64,000 nt of DNA from Strigamia acuminata (GCA_949358305.1 OX442314.1:21824001-21888000); one strand, 5' to 3'; positions 37,248 to 50,937 are shown, counted from the first letter of the stretch. Made by a program: numbers and translations. Notes: generated from the sequence alone by a model not told the origin.

Positions 37248-40080
37248 AATTCCGTCGTGCTAAAAGTCGTTTGCGAGTTTTTCGGACGAACTTTAAAACG
37301 AAAACGTGGCGTAGGCCCCTCGGTGTGTTTTTCGTGACAAAGGAAACATTCAAGTTTAAGTAACTAATTATATGAATGATTATAACTATTATTATTATTT
37401 TTACTTGTCCCTCTGGTGGTGAAACTGAGAGCTAGACAATCAAAGGTTATTAAAAAAAAAATGATTTACTTTCTTTTCCCCTTTTTATTTAATTCGATTT
37501 CGATTTCATCTTCATTTTGTTCTGTTTTCTCGTCACTGCCGATGTTTTTTTCATTTAATTATTATATGATTATATTAATATAAAATGGGGCTGTTTTGAG
37601 CCCGTGGCAGCCTATTTTAGTTTAATAGTTTGTTCACTCAAATACTTTGTTTGTTATTAGGAAATTATTGTCCTTTTTCAAAGTGCAAAACAACATCCAC
37701 AAAAGGCATAAATGAATTGTTAAGTTATAAGAATATTATTATTTAATCATTTACAAACTAAATAAATTAAAGTGTCTTTTTTTCAGGGCGATATTTTAGT
37801 TTTTTAACATATTAAATCAAAAATTAATATTTTTTTAGATCCTGATTTTGATACATTTTGTTCATTATTCATGGGTTTGGAAAGAGGTATTGAACTGTGG
37901 CAAATTTCTATGCATTTAAAATAACAATAATAATAATAATTATTAATAATAATAAGAAAAACTGAAGAAAACCAATTTATGTGTAAATTTATTTAATTGT
38001 TCTTTTTTTTTAATTTATTATTTTCTTTTTTAGTTATTATTTAACACAATTCAGCTCTGGTTGTAGGTTGATTTATGATTTTGACATCAAATTGATAGGA
38101 GGACGAAAATAAATGAACTAAGTTTTAAAAAAACACCTTGAAATTGATTTCAACGACCACCGATTCCGTAGTGCCTCAATATAAATATTCTTTTACAATA
38201 CTGTCATGATCGTTTGGTGTTTTCGATGTTGTCTTTTTACATTTTAAAATGATTTTAAGAAATGGACAGGTTTTGAATAAAAAAGAAAAAAATTTAATAA
38301 TAAAAAGGAAGTAACAATGGTTTGAGAGGGGTTTGTTTGGAGTGAACAAAATACTAAAGTCAAAAAAGAAAGAAGAAGAAATAAAAATAAAAACAGTTTA
38401 TATGTAAAAATGAATTCAACCTGCCAAAATGTAAATATTATACATACAAATATAAATATGATGTATATTATTATAAAATATATATATATTTGAAAAGTGA
38501 TCAGATTTGTTGTATGGGAGAAGTAAAAAAAACAAAAAAAAACAAAAAAAATGAAAAAAAATTGTCATTCCGGAAGGTTGAATTTTAATTTTATTTTGGT
38601 TTTTTAAAAATGGAGACTTATAGCATAAAAATTATTTTTCGTTTTACGAAATTTTTCAAGGACTTCAGTGCATTTTTTTTTACGTAAAACTTTCTTTTCT
38701 CTTGGTTTTTGTGGAAGAACAATTTTAATCCAGTTCTGTTTTAGTCTGGAGATGGAACAGTAAACTAAAACTTTTCGTGAGTGTTTCGTGTAATGTGTTG
38801 ATGGAGGTTTTATTATTTTTATTTTACTTCATTTTTTTTTCTTTATTACGAATAGAATCTTTTATGTGTACAACTGTTTTACCACTTTTGCCTAATAAAA
38901 ACCATGTAGAAAGTCGAACCATGTAAGGACAAGTCTGATTTCTGTCAGATATTTCTCTCTTCATTTGTTAGTTTTGTGTTTGAGCCATCCCAGAGCAATC
39001 AACAATGCGGGACGACTAACTTTGTCAAAGCAGTTAGAGCGTTTAAAATTGTCTTTTATTTTTGGTATTAGAGCAAATTATAGATTTTGCACATGAAATT
39101 CAGCTCATTATTTAGTACTTCGCAAGATATGTCTAAAAAATACAATGATGAACCTTTCGTATGGTAAAGGACCCTCTTTATAGCCTATGGGCGACAATGC
39201 GAATCACTTTCAGTTGAAAAGGAAGGATCCACGCTATCGCGCAACTGGGCTGCCATCTTTTGTGAACACCAGATAACTACATAATGGGTTAAAGAGATCA
39301 GTTGGACTGGGCTGAGTTGCTGCAAGGCAACCAAGGCGATAACACGGTGAACGCGCAACCCCTAGACAACCACAATAAAGATAATCAATCCAAACTGTGT
39401 GTTTTCTGTGTTTTGGTTTTTGGGATCATCTTTAGATTTGTCATTTCAGCGTCGCGGCACCGAACCACTTGAGCCGTCGAGTTTTGGACCAGAAACAATT
39501 ACCAAATGTTTCAAAATACAAAAAAGCATTGTAATAAAGGTATAATAACATAAAAATACTATATTATTGACTCTACCGTGGGAAAGAATAAACATAAATT
39601 CCACAGACTTTTTGACACCTGTTTTTTAATTTATTGTTGATATTTTAAATAAATATTATTGAATCAGTCTGAAAATTTAATCAGACATTACTTGAGTGGT
39701 ATATTTAATAATCCTAAAAGCAAAATTAAATCAAAATATTAGAAGTTAATTTTTTTCAAATTTTTAGTCATTCCACAGACTTTTTGGACGCACCTTATTT
39801 ATTTATTTTTAATATCAAAACTGATAAGAGAAATAATATCGGAATTTTTTAAATTACGAAACGCGAAATACGTAAAATAATTTCCATATTTGACTCTCCC
39901 AGTAATTCAAATTTGATTGGCAATGATTGGCTGATTCGTTATCTGTTTTGCGCACGACACCAAAGAAAATTGTGTATAAAGCTGGCGGGATATTTGAAAT
40001 CCTTGCCAGACGATCACATTCGATATTTCAGTAGCAAGTTTGAACATTCAACAGCAAACTCGATAATTCGATAGTATATT

Positions 40081-41636
40081 AGGGGGTTTCATTATATGAA
40101 TGATTTTGCAATTTTGTGATTTTGCATTAATCACAAAATCATTATTTTTTGATGCCTCCAAAAATGAGTTTACATTGAATTAACCCAGTCAATTTTGCAA
40201 TTGTGTGATCTGGACAATTTTGTGATTTTTGAGTATTGTCATGTGATATCTGTTCTACCAATCACATTCACATTCACTAAAGCACAAAAGAGTAAAAACA
40301 CAAAATCCCAAAAACATCTAAAAGGTAGTTTTTGTGATTTTGATAAGAAGTGATTTTGAGGCTTGTGAAACTCAAAACAAAATGGAGGCATCCAAGCTCT
40401 ATCTAAGTGGCCAACTTGTATCCTTGTATATCATCAAAATGCTGATGCATCCATGACTGTATAACAGCTAGGAAACTCAATACTTCGATTCGGGTAAAAA
40501 AAAGTACCGATTCAGGGCGATTCAGGGCGATTTTAGCGGGTGCCCGAATGGAAATTCAGGCGGAAATGTTCGTCGCGTATCGTTTTTTATTGTTTTCTAT
40601 GTCAAGATGAGCTCGGAAAATTATGGAACCAAGCTCATTTTGAAGAGGAGACAATTCTGCACAAGCCTGTATTTTTTATTTTTTGATTCGGGCGAGGAAA
40701 AGTGCCGATTCGGGCCATCTTAGCGGGGGACCGAATGGGAAAATTTGGAAATTTGGTGCAGAATTTGGATTCGAGATTCGACCATGACAAAACCAAAAAT
40801 TCGTAAAATTAACCGAATGAAATGTTTAAAACAGGTTTCCAGAGAAGAAAATCCCGCTGAAAACGATGGTACAGATAACTTTTTGATCGGATTAACCGTT
40901 GATTTTAAATTTTGGAAAAAACGATCTTTTTTGGGTTGATTTATAAGAAAAAGTTGGAAAAAGTAGTTGAATAATAAAGGAGGACAAAATAGCAGGTTGC
41001 AGTGGTTTGGGCCAAAATTGAATTGGCTGGATTGGCATTGGGTTTAGGTTAACTTTTGGGTTTGATTGTGTTTGGGTATTGGCCAGATTGGCATTGGTTT
41101 TGGTTTGGTGTGGTTTGGGTTTGGGTTGCATTATTACGGGTTTGGTTTAGTTTTGCAAAAATTTATTTTATGATTTGGTTGTATACATTTGTCTGATCTA
41201 TGGCTTTGGCTTTGTGGGTGAACAGCTAGTATTTATTAAAATGCACCTTATTAAAAAATATTTTGTTCCATCACACAAATAAGAACTAGTTTTTTTGCAT
41301 CACATTTTAAAATTGGTTGGATATAACTATAACCTAATATGGTGGATAGGAAGTCACGTGACTATTTAAATAATTGCAAAATTGCAAAATTATGAGATTA
41401 TTTTTGAAACTAATTATTAATCACAATTTGTGATGGCCACTTGGATTGAGTTTGGCTGCTGCCATTTTTGCCAAAATAGCAAAACTACCTTTGATTTTGT
41501 GATTGTGTATTTTTTCTGTTTTGTGTTTTTGCAATTATGCACATGATTGGTGGAACTGATATCATGTGACAAATCCAAAAGTGCAAAATTGCTAAAGTTG
41601 CAAAATTACAAAATTGCTTAATTAATGAAACCCCCT
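40081..41636. mobile_element. Non-autonomous DNA transposon, PIF/Harbinger-like
   Basis: Perfect 14-bp TIR AGGGGGTTTCATTA / TAATGAAACCCCCT, 3-bp TSD ATT (40078-40080 and 41637-41639), extended subterminal inverted similarity, and no transposase ORF. Confidence 0.85.
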
Positions 41637-41683
41637 ATTGACAGCTGTATTCAACATATAGGTCGTTAATTTTTATATTGACA

Positions 41684-41954
41684 ATGGAAAAATTTGTTAC
41701 TATTGGCAAAAACGTTTGGTGAGGTAATGTTTTTAATTTTTTAATTTTTTTTATGGTAATTTTTTTTTATAGCTGTTTAGGTTGTGGTTTCGGAATTGTT
41801 AAACCAGTGATCTTTTTTAAATTTCAATGCATAAGAGAAAATGAGTACCGAGTTGAATGTCCCAGTTGCCGGAGCGAGATTACCATATATTCGAAGTAAG
41901 TTGTATTGTTTGATGATTAATTAAATTTAATACTTGTCTTTAAATTTTAGGTGA
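41684..41954 (+). CDS. Putative 53-aa zinc-ribbon microprotein
   Basis: Exons 41684-41718, 41773-41895 and 41951-41954: MEKFVTIGKNVCCLGCGFGIVKPVIFFKFQCIRENEYRVECPSCRSEITIYSK*. Two CxxC pairs and canonical short introns. Confidence 0.35.
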
Positions 41955-42666
41955 TTAATGAGCAATTAGAAAAATTAATCGGAGCGAAAGAAACTGTCGT
42001 AAACAGTACCGAAACAACAGATAGTGAAGAAAACATGGAAATCGAAATCGACGAGGAAGCAATCCTCACTAGTAGTATGTCGAGTTTCGGACCAGAAAAA
42101 CAATTCAGAAATGCAGAAAACGTGGTATTAAAATTACAAATAAAACATAAGTAAAATATATTTATTTTGGCTGAAGTATATTTAAAATTCTCAAGTAATG
42201 TAACTTAATACATTTTCATTTCTAATCAGATCTTTGCGGCCTCAATCTTCGTCATTAATTATTCAGTTTCTTGCAAATGTCTCTTTCACTTTCAATTTAT
42301 ATAAAAGAAAATGTAAATCAAAACATAGTAAATAAATGCATCACAGTAAATTAAATTTTGTCGGAAAAATAAATCGACAGGTCTGCAAAGACCGTTTATT
42401 TGACAGAGCACCAGGTCGAGATATCCCTGCATGAAAATGCACACGTTTACTTGCATACAGGAATGTTAATCAAAGAATGTATTTTAATTGCATTAAGAAA
42501 AAACATTTAGGAGAATCATAAAAGACAGTGTTTAACTGCATGTTTCCGTCCTTTTCTGATTCCCCCTATTGCACATCTCGCTTTACTTACCTATATACAC
42601 AACAGATTTAACGTTACACTTTTTAGACCGCAAAAATAATAATGCAGATTTGGAAAGATTTTTTTT

Positions 42667-44739
42667 TTATCCCATACAGACAGTGTTGGAACTAAAATCA
42701 TTCTGCAATTTCATTTTTTTTCGTTCTAGTACTTTTAAAGTTGCTGTGGATAAGTTTCGTTTCAGCAAATTGTCCGCCTTTTTCCCACCGCCTCTTTTCC
42801 TAGTCAACTGCGCTCGGTCTTGCGAAATCATCACCATTTTTTCTTGTGCCGAAAGCTTGAAAAAAATATCGTGGAACTCGTGGCAGGAACTGGTTAACTG
42901 ATAAAAAAAAATTATAATTTTTAATAAATTAACATTTCAATAAAAAAAATAAAGGTTTGAAAAATTTGGCGATTTATTGCAAAAAAATTTTTTTTAATGT
43001 AACTAGATTAAGTTTCAGAGTCCCTTAATCAAATTAATCGGCAAATTTTTCAAATCCCTCAATCAATTATTATTAACTTGTTGCAATATTTGTTTATGAA
43101 GTGTTGCTTCGCCCAAAGAAATTCGTCCCATTTTAACGGGAGTTTCGTTCTTCAAATTAAGAGCAAATTCCAATGTATCTCTGATGGTTTTTATAACCTT
43201 TTGAACCGTTTTTGTCCTTAATAGCCGTCGTGTCAAATACCCCTTAACTGCGGCTGAAACACGCTCAAATTTCACCTTCATGTTTGCATCGTTAATCTAA
43301 AATTAAAACAGATTATTTTAGTGTATCACTATTTTGAATGCTTCTTGGTTAATCAACTTATTTTTAAAGCTAATCTAAATTTTGTTAGAAATGGTTACAC
43401 TTATGCATGTTTTTAAAGTTATTTGTTAAACTGAAATGCACCAATAAACACCTACAAATGTGCTAATTATCTCCGGAGTCGGCACTGAACAATCATCTCC
43501 CAACTGAATTTGTTTCGTAATGGCCTCCTCCTCCTCTTGTTGCTGGCGAAGTAACTGAGCCATTTGATCCTTGTATTGCAGCATCAATTCAGACCTCAAC
43601 TGCTTAAAATAATTATCATGTTGAAGCAACAATTCTTCAAACCTAGGCACCTCTAATGCAGGAGTCCATTCCTCATGCAACGGGAACCGTGAAACTGTAT
43701 CCAAAAAACGATTTAAATTCGTATTTTTTGTCAAATCCGTCGCTGGATCGGACGGAATTGCATCTAAAGATATTCTTCTCATCGAGCACATGTCATCCGG
43801 AAATGTCATTCCTTTTTCCTTGTACGAATCGACCTGTGCAGTGAGCGCTGGCGACGGACACTCAAGGGTGTAAGAAGATCGACGAACGTGCTTTTTAACT
43901 TGGGCTTTCTCGTCATTTTTCATCACAATCACATCGCAACTCACGGCGCTGTTTACTTTGTCCGATACGTAAGGAAATTCGATCTCCTTGACAGTGCTGC
44001 ATGTGGACGACGATTCGGGTCGCTCGGATTGCTGAGGTGCAGATCGAGGTGAAATATCCATGTATTTACTGAGCTCGGTGCTTGCAAGACTCGGAGATGA
44101 TTCGATTTCGGTAAGCGGGGTTCTCAGCACCGATTCTGTTCGCGGTGAATCGTTGCAAGTAAATATTTCCGGCTCAGTTTCACCGATTCCATCAAATATA
44201 ATCGCACCTGGGATTGATATTATTTCCTCGTTGTCTGTATCATCCAAAGAAAACCATGAAGACGAAGGAAATCCTTCGTTGTCCGAAAACGAGTCCGGAT
44301 TATTAATTTTTAATTCCTGTAGGGTCAGTGAGACGTCATTTTCATTGTAGCTGTTATTATTCACATTTTGGTCGTTGTCTTGAATAACCTCCGATGAAAC
44401 AGAACCAGTTGGACTCGCACTCGGTTCCTGCGATAAATAATTAGATATTAAATTAAGTTAGTCCGCACACATCTATTTTAACACGCAATATTTACGAATG
44501 GAATCAAGTTTTCATCGTCTTGCTTAGATTTCGCGATGCGGTTTCGTTCCAGATTTATTGCTTGGTTTCTGTGTTGTCTCGTTTCATAAATTCTCTCTTC
44601 CGTCATCTAGTAAAAATGATATTAATGGCAAGAAAAATAAAAAAAATATGCGAAGCCAAACAATTGTCGTTACCACAGGTGGCAGAATTCGTTTTCCATT
44701 GATTTTAAAAACTGAAAGATACTTTTGACCTAACATCAT
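42667..44739 (-). CDS. CCP110: Centriolar coiled-coil protein CP110
   Basis: Exons 44739-44674, 44606-44496, 44427-43456, 43296-43078 and 42897-42667. N-terminal FKINGKRILPPV, RRSSYTLECPSPAL, IQ-like AAVKGYLTRRLLRT...IRDT, and C-terminal LSTATLKVLERKK. Further 3' exons are possible. Confidence 0.88.
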
Positions 44740-45444
44740 GCATTCAAGTAACTTGGTTAATACGCGTTATAGTGCAACTCGTTTCCTAAAGCTGAAATAA
44801 ACATTCCAAACAAAAAATCCGATCCCACAATACCGAATTTGGCGCCATATTTTATTTAACTGAACCGGAAATGTACACCAAGCTCTACAATATGGTACAA
44901 GTTTAGTCTATATTTTTCGAATTTTAAAACCTCCTACAGGGGCCGAAAACAATATATAAATACAACTTTCTTTGTCTAATGTAAAAACTTATCTACTTCA
45001 AAAAATGTTCTTTAAAAAGATGTTGTTTAATAAAAAATAATATTTAGTAATTTACCACCAGAGTTCGGGTTTGCTCTTTAACTCGCCAGGGGATACCTAA
45101 TCACGAGATGTTGAAATCATGTTAAATATTGAAGATTTTTGGATTTCAGTCGAATTTTATTGAAGATTTGGCTTTCTGGGCCGTTTCTGTATAAACCTTT
45201 TGAGCAGTGGAAACAAGGATGGGAAAGGAGCTATGGCCTTGAAACATCCGTGGTTTCTCCCACTAGGCAGCAGCACCGCCTTTTGCATGCGGTTAAGCAA
45301 CATGTAGCAACATGTAGCATACCGTGAATGATTTCGACTATTATTGTTAGGATGTAAGTACAGAAATTTTCTGCCATAAAAATTGATAGATTATTTACTT
45401 AATTACATTTTATTCACCTAATAGAACATACAGGATACATTAAA

Positions 45445-47283
45445 ATGTTTAATGCGCTAAAGTCAGTATTTGAAGTGAAGAAAGGAAGGCCAGTAAAGCA
45501 AGGACTAAGACGAGGTTCAGTTCACTGTTGTTATGGCATTTGCAAAAGTGACAACAGATTGAAATCATTACCTGAAGATATGCGATTTTATCCATTCCCA
45601 AAGCCATGTTTGCCATATCGAAAAGGGCTAATAAACTCCAAATCTGTCCACATCAGCCAATGTCAAAGTTGTAGTAAGTGTGACAGATGGATAAAATTAT
45701 GCAGAAGAAATGATGGAAGATTTGATTCAATTGACAATTACCATGTTTACATGGTCACAGTTTTCCAGATTAGTGAATATTCGGATTTTATTTATCTGGA
45801 TAACCGTTTGCGTTTACATGACGTTAGTTTTCTGGTAAACATGACGTCATACGAGAATTACCCATACTGCCCTTTGATTATCTGGAACAACAAAATGGCT
45901 GTTGATCCATTTCAGCCAAACAAATGAAATGGTGGTTAGGAAAGAGGTTTTTGCTCGAATCTTTGCAAAGGTGCCTAATATGCAAATTCTGATCCCAAAA
46001 ATGGTGGTTTTAGCTGATTTCATATTGATTTCGGTACCAAATGTCGCTGGTACGTAGGCCTAACGTATTTTTACAACAACGATCCGACCATATCTCGATC
46101 CAAGTTTTTGAATTTTCGCATCCACGGGTGTTTACATGCAGTTTTCAATGCGCAAAACGCCCAAAATCTAGCTCGTACAACTGGAATTTAGTTTTCCAGA
46201 TAAGTCTGTCTTTTCTAGAAAACTGATTTGTTAACATGGTAAATGTCACGAGAAATACATACATTTGCAATTTGCACTTCATTGCGGGGCAAGAAGACCC
46301 ATTACCAGCCAATGCAACAGCTGTTGAAAAAGTTGTAAGTAATTTGTCATCACCAATTATGCCATTAAAATTAATTTAAATAAAATTCCGACTTGTTAAA
46401 ATAGAAAGCATCAAAGAAAAAGCGTGCACCACTTAAACCAAGACTAAAACTTACCGGCGGAAACAAAATAACCGATGTCACAATGGAAACAAAAGCAAAA
46501 ACTGTTCAAGAAAATTTAGAATTGGATGAGCCAAGTATCCCCGCTTTAACCGATGTCATAATGGAAACAAAAGCAAAAAATGTTGAAGAGAATTTGGAAT
46601 TGGATGAGCCACGTGTCTTTGCTTCTATGATTGAGTTTGAAAATGCCGCAGAAAATCATTTTTCAACATTACTCGAAGTTGCTATATTTTTAATGAAAGC
46701 GTCAATGACCACTACACTCAGCAATGGAGTTTTAACAGTGTCTAGAATTGTTAATTTAGTAGAAATTACACAAGTATCGTTTACTGTGAATATGGAGATT
46801 AATATCACAGTTTTTTCGAAACAAATGTCATCTGATCACTTTTTCTGGCAGAGTAATGCAGCTGTGACACTTGATGACATTCCTAAGTTTTTAGAAACCT
46901 TCAACAGTGCATTTAATCCATGCAAAGGAATAACATGTGACGAAAAAATTCAAGCTTTTCGGAAAATGACTCAATCCAACCTTGGTTATTACTGTACCCG
47001 TAGTGAATCTGTGCGCACAGTTAAATGCTTCCTTTTGTGCAACAAACCTACTTGTATTTGTATTCCCTGCAAAGCATATGAGAAATCTCTTACAGCTAAA
47101 GTGAGGAGAATGAAACAACCGAATTATAAGTCGCATCCATGTACAAATTTCAGATACCAGAGTAGAAATGAATTGACTAATTCCTTGCAAGTAAGTAATG
47201 CGCTGCTGCGCACAGCAACTCGAAAACTTGAAATTCTGCAAGGCAAGGTGAATAAGCACACTGCAATGTTTAATACACATTAA
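45445..47283 (+). pseudogene. THAP-domain gene, probably transposon-derived (P-element/THAP9-like N-terminus), interrupted by a MITE
   Basis: THAP motif CCYGIC...FYPFPK...WIKLCRR...[insertion]...YICNLHF. Second exon from 46404 has a duplicated TDVxMETKAKxVxENLELDEP and a Cys-rich region. No DDE catalytic domain is visible. Confidence 0.7.
45739..46241. mobile_element. Harbinger-like MITE inserted in the THAP exon
   Basis: TIR TACCATGTTTACA / TGTTAACATGGTA and 3-bp TSD AAT (45736-45738 and 46242-46244). A related fragment lies near 57560-57650. Confidence 0.88.
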
Positions 47284-48629
47284 AAACAGTTATAATGTTA
47301 GCATTATCACAAGTAAATTCTTGCAATTTTTTCATTGCTCTAAATAAGCACATGGCTTGGGCAGCTGAAATTAAAAATGATGTATGAAAAGGAGAAGATT
47401 AATTTAATTTTAGAATATGTAACATTTCATTTTCGTAATGTTTGACAAAGGTTTTGTCATAAAAAACATCAAAATGAATCAAATTGTCAATTTCAGATCT
47501 TTGGTTTTCACTATTCCAATTTATTTTGCCCGAGAAGTAGCATGCAAAATCGCGAAGTCTGGTGTGGATTTGTTGCGTAAACATGACGTCATTGGGAACT
47601 GAACCTCGCTTTCGGATACCACTAGAATTGGCCCGTTTTCCCCGAGAGTTTTCCCATCCCGGTGGAAATGCTGCCACGGGGCCATAGCCATTCCTGGGAG
47701 GTCAAAAAAAAATTTAAAAATTTTAATTTGTGTTTTGGGGTCTAAAAAAAAATGTTTTAGAGTCATTCATGGCACAAAATTTCAAACTTTTCTTGGAAAA
47801 GGAGACACCCACCCTCCTGAGACCCCTTCCCAAGTAGCCTTGGATCCGCTCCTGCTTGGAATGGAATTGGAATCGCGCGGAATTAAATTGGAATCACTTG
47901 CAGGCTGGGGGTGAACATGGCCCCCCCCCTCCTAAGGCTTTATTTAAATTTATGGCGTGAAAAGCGTTTTTCTGGGCCATTCACAGCACAAATTTCCAAA
48001 AAAAATTTAGAAGGGGAATCCACCCTCCCCAGGGATTTCAATGATTTCAACGATTTTGAATATTTCCTAAAGACTTTAGAGACTTGCTGTGGTATTGAAG
48101 ATTTCAGGTCTCCAGATAGATTTCTTTAAAGATTTTGCTCAATTTTGCTCGATTTTGCTCTAAAAACGTACGAAGAAAAATTATACACGCATATTAGTGA
48201 TAGTAATTACTGATTAATGATTGTGGTGCCTAACATGCAAATCTATCGCTCACATTACTATCATATTGAAAATAACTGAAACTACGGTGTACTCTGTAGG
48301 ACATAGTTCAGATTCTAGAATTTGTAAGAGGCTATCCAGATGGGCATGAGCATCTAACATTGGTAAATGCAGGTTGAGTTCCAACAAACCTGTCTGCACC
48401 ACAGAGCTATCCGGACCATACAGCTTACACTATACAATATAGTAATTGAAAAATAATTTAAAAAATAATCTTCAAAATAATAATGCTAGCCCCATGTGAT
48501 CGTATCAAACGAAGCAAACAAATTATGATGTAATGACATTGACGTTATCAAAAAGATAACGAGCAAATATAATATATACACCTTACACCAAACCTAAACC
48601 AGTAAATCACATGAAGAATTTATGTTAAA

Positions 48630-50377
48630 ATGTCAATACTTCGCCACGCCGTTGCTATTTCAACATTTTTACAACTTGTTTTTACTGGCCCCATTACATT
48701 CGAAGGCCCTACAGATCGCCCATTTGAATTTAACGCAGACAACTTGCACTTGCTTAATGATGCACAACTCAATGCATTAATGGCGTTGCGCCAAACACCA
48801 GAATACTACGCAATACCTATTGATCCAGAAGCATTTATGACTATGGTGAGACTACACTGCTATCGCATTTCTAAATTCTAAATCTGTCATTACAACAGGA
48901 AGAAATAGTTCGGTACCACGGTTACGAAATTGAGACTCACACAGTGCAGACCGAAGATGGCTTCATACTGACCCTGCAAAGAATACCATACGGCAAAAAT
49001 GGACCGGGAACCAAGCCCAGAAAGCCTGTTTTAATTCAGCATGGTTTACTCTGCTCAGCAGCCTCGTGGGTTACCAATGTCCCAGATAAAAATCTACGTA
49101 ACTATAACCTCGATAGATAAAAATAAAACAAAGAAAAATAATTTTATTTCTTTAACAGCTTACATAGTAGCGGATGCTGGTTATGACGTATGGTTGGGAA
49201 ATGTTCGTGGAACCTTGTTTGGTCGTAATCACACCAGTTTATCCCCTAAAGACAACAAATTTTGGCGCTACAGGTGCGTATATTAATATATTCTACACCT
49301 TAACTAACTCTGTAGTATTTATATTTGTGGTAGTTTTGATGAAATGGCGAAATACGACATTCCGACCATTATCGACTACATGTTGGCTAAAACGGGCTTC
49401 AAACAAATTCATTACGTCGGCCATTCCATGGGAACCGTGATGATGTTTGCGCTTTTGTCAACACAGCCTAAATATAATGATATTGTAAGAAGAAGAAAGA
49501 AAAATGAATTCAAGTTGCAACAATTTTTTGTTTACTTTTACGCATGAAATTTTAGGTCAGAGGTGTTTACGCATTGGCACCAGTAGCTAGACTTAAAAAT
49601 GTACGAAGCCCTCTGAAATACTTGGCTCCGTTCGTCGACCAACTGAAGTGGCTTTTGACTATGTTAGGTCCTGGTGAATTTATGCCCAACAGCAACTTAC
49701 TCAAGTTCTTAACGAAAAACATATGCGCATCTGCGTTGAGCTTCGTTTGCGAAAATATCATCTTCATTGCATGTGGATTCAACCCAGCGCAACTTAATAC
49801 TGTATGGAAACTATCTGACTTTAAAAATGTCTTCAAAATAATTAAAATCCATTTTTTTATTCTATTTTTTTAGACTCGAGTTCCTGTACACCTCCATCAC
49901 ACACCGGCAGCCACTTCTTCTCAAACGATCATACATTTTGGCCAGGTAAACATAATCAAATTTCGATACATTCGGTAACATTATTTTTAAAAAATAATAG
50001 TTGGCTCGTTCTGGCAACTTCCAAAAATACGATCATGGAGAAAAAGAAAATTTAAAACTTTATGGATCTGTAAAAAAAAAATATTTAAGTTTGTTTTTGT
50101 TTGTAATATTAATGGTTTTTCTGCTTCACAGTTAAAACCGCCTCAATATAAGTTAGGAAACATTAAAAGCAAAGTGGCGTTGTTTTGGGGTGAGAATGAT
50201 TACCTCGCATCTGCTACAGATGTGGCTTGGTTGGCGCCTCAACTGCAGAATCTTGTGTTGAAATACCGCGTTCCAGACTCCAAGTTCTCTCATTTGGACT
50301 TCCTTTGGGCCATTGATGTCAAGCCGCTGCTTTACGACAAAGTTCTTTCTACGATGGCAAAATTATGGAAAAATTAA
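48630..50377 (+). CDS. Acid lipase (LIPA/LIPF/insect lipase-3 family), 8 exons
   Basis: Signal peptide, [42 protein letters not shown], nucleophile GHSMG, Asp in ENDYLA, His in FSHLDFLW. Exons about 48630-48845, 48898-49097, 49159-49272, 49333-49484, 49556-49801, 49874-49945, 50001-50069, 50132-50377. Confidence 0.96.
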
Positions 50378-50427
50378 TCTCAATGAAGAATATTACAGCA
50401 AGAAATTTTGTATTTACAAAATATGTA

Positions 50428-50492
50428 ATTAAAAAGAATTAAATGACAATTAAAAATACGCTACTCTTAATTGTCATTTAATTCTTTTTAAT
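50428..50492. repeat. Perfect 26-bp inverted repeat with 13-nt loop in the lipase 3' UTR
   Basis: ATTAAAAAGAATTAAATGACAATTAA-AAATACGCTACTC-TTAATTGTCATTTAATTCTTTTTAAT. Confidence 0.9.
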
Positions 50493-50937
50493 AAAACAAT
50501 AAAGTGAAATGGATATAAAATAAAAGTTTTAAAAACCATATGTAATTATATTAAAATGCAATATTTTTATTCCATACTGTACGAAAAAGCATACAAAACA
50601 AACAAACATTACATGCACTTTTGAAAGTTTATCAAATAGTATCGTAAAAAACAATTGAAAAAAATTAACCTTTCCTTCTCTCCAATTTTTTGTAGTAAGC
50701 AGAAGATAAACTTTTTATCTGCTCTTTCTTATCTTATTTGTTTTACAGTACGTTCACAATTAAGCTTAAACATTAAAAAATTAACACGACCAAATGACAG
50801 TTATGACGTACAGATAAGAAGACTAATCTTTCAAAACCATTAATTTTATTTAATCAAAATTGTCAGAAGATAACGAGTTAAACAATTAAACATAATATAA
50901 AACCACAATCCTTCATCACTTTACAACATTAAAAAAA

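Noticed and set aside
47640..47960. hAT-like end fragments (GGATCCGCTCCTG, G/C runs) as termini of the THAP element
   Set aside because: No matching opposite TIR or TSD was found; treated as unresolved repeat debris.
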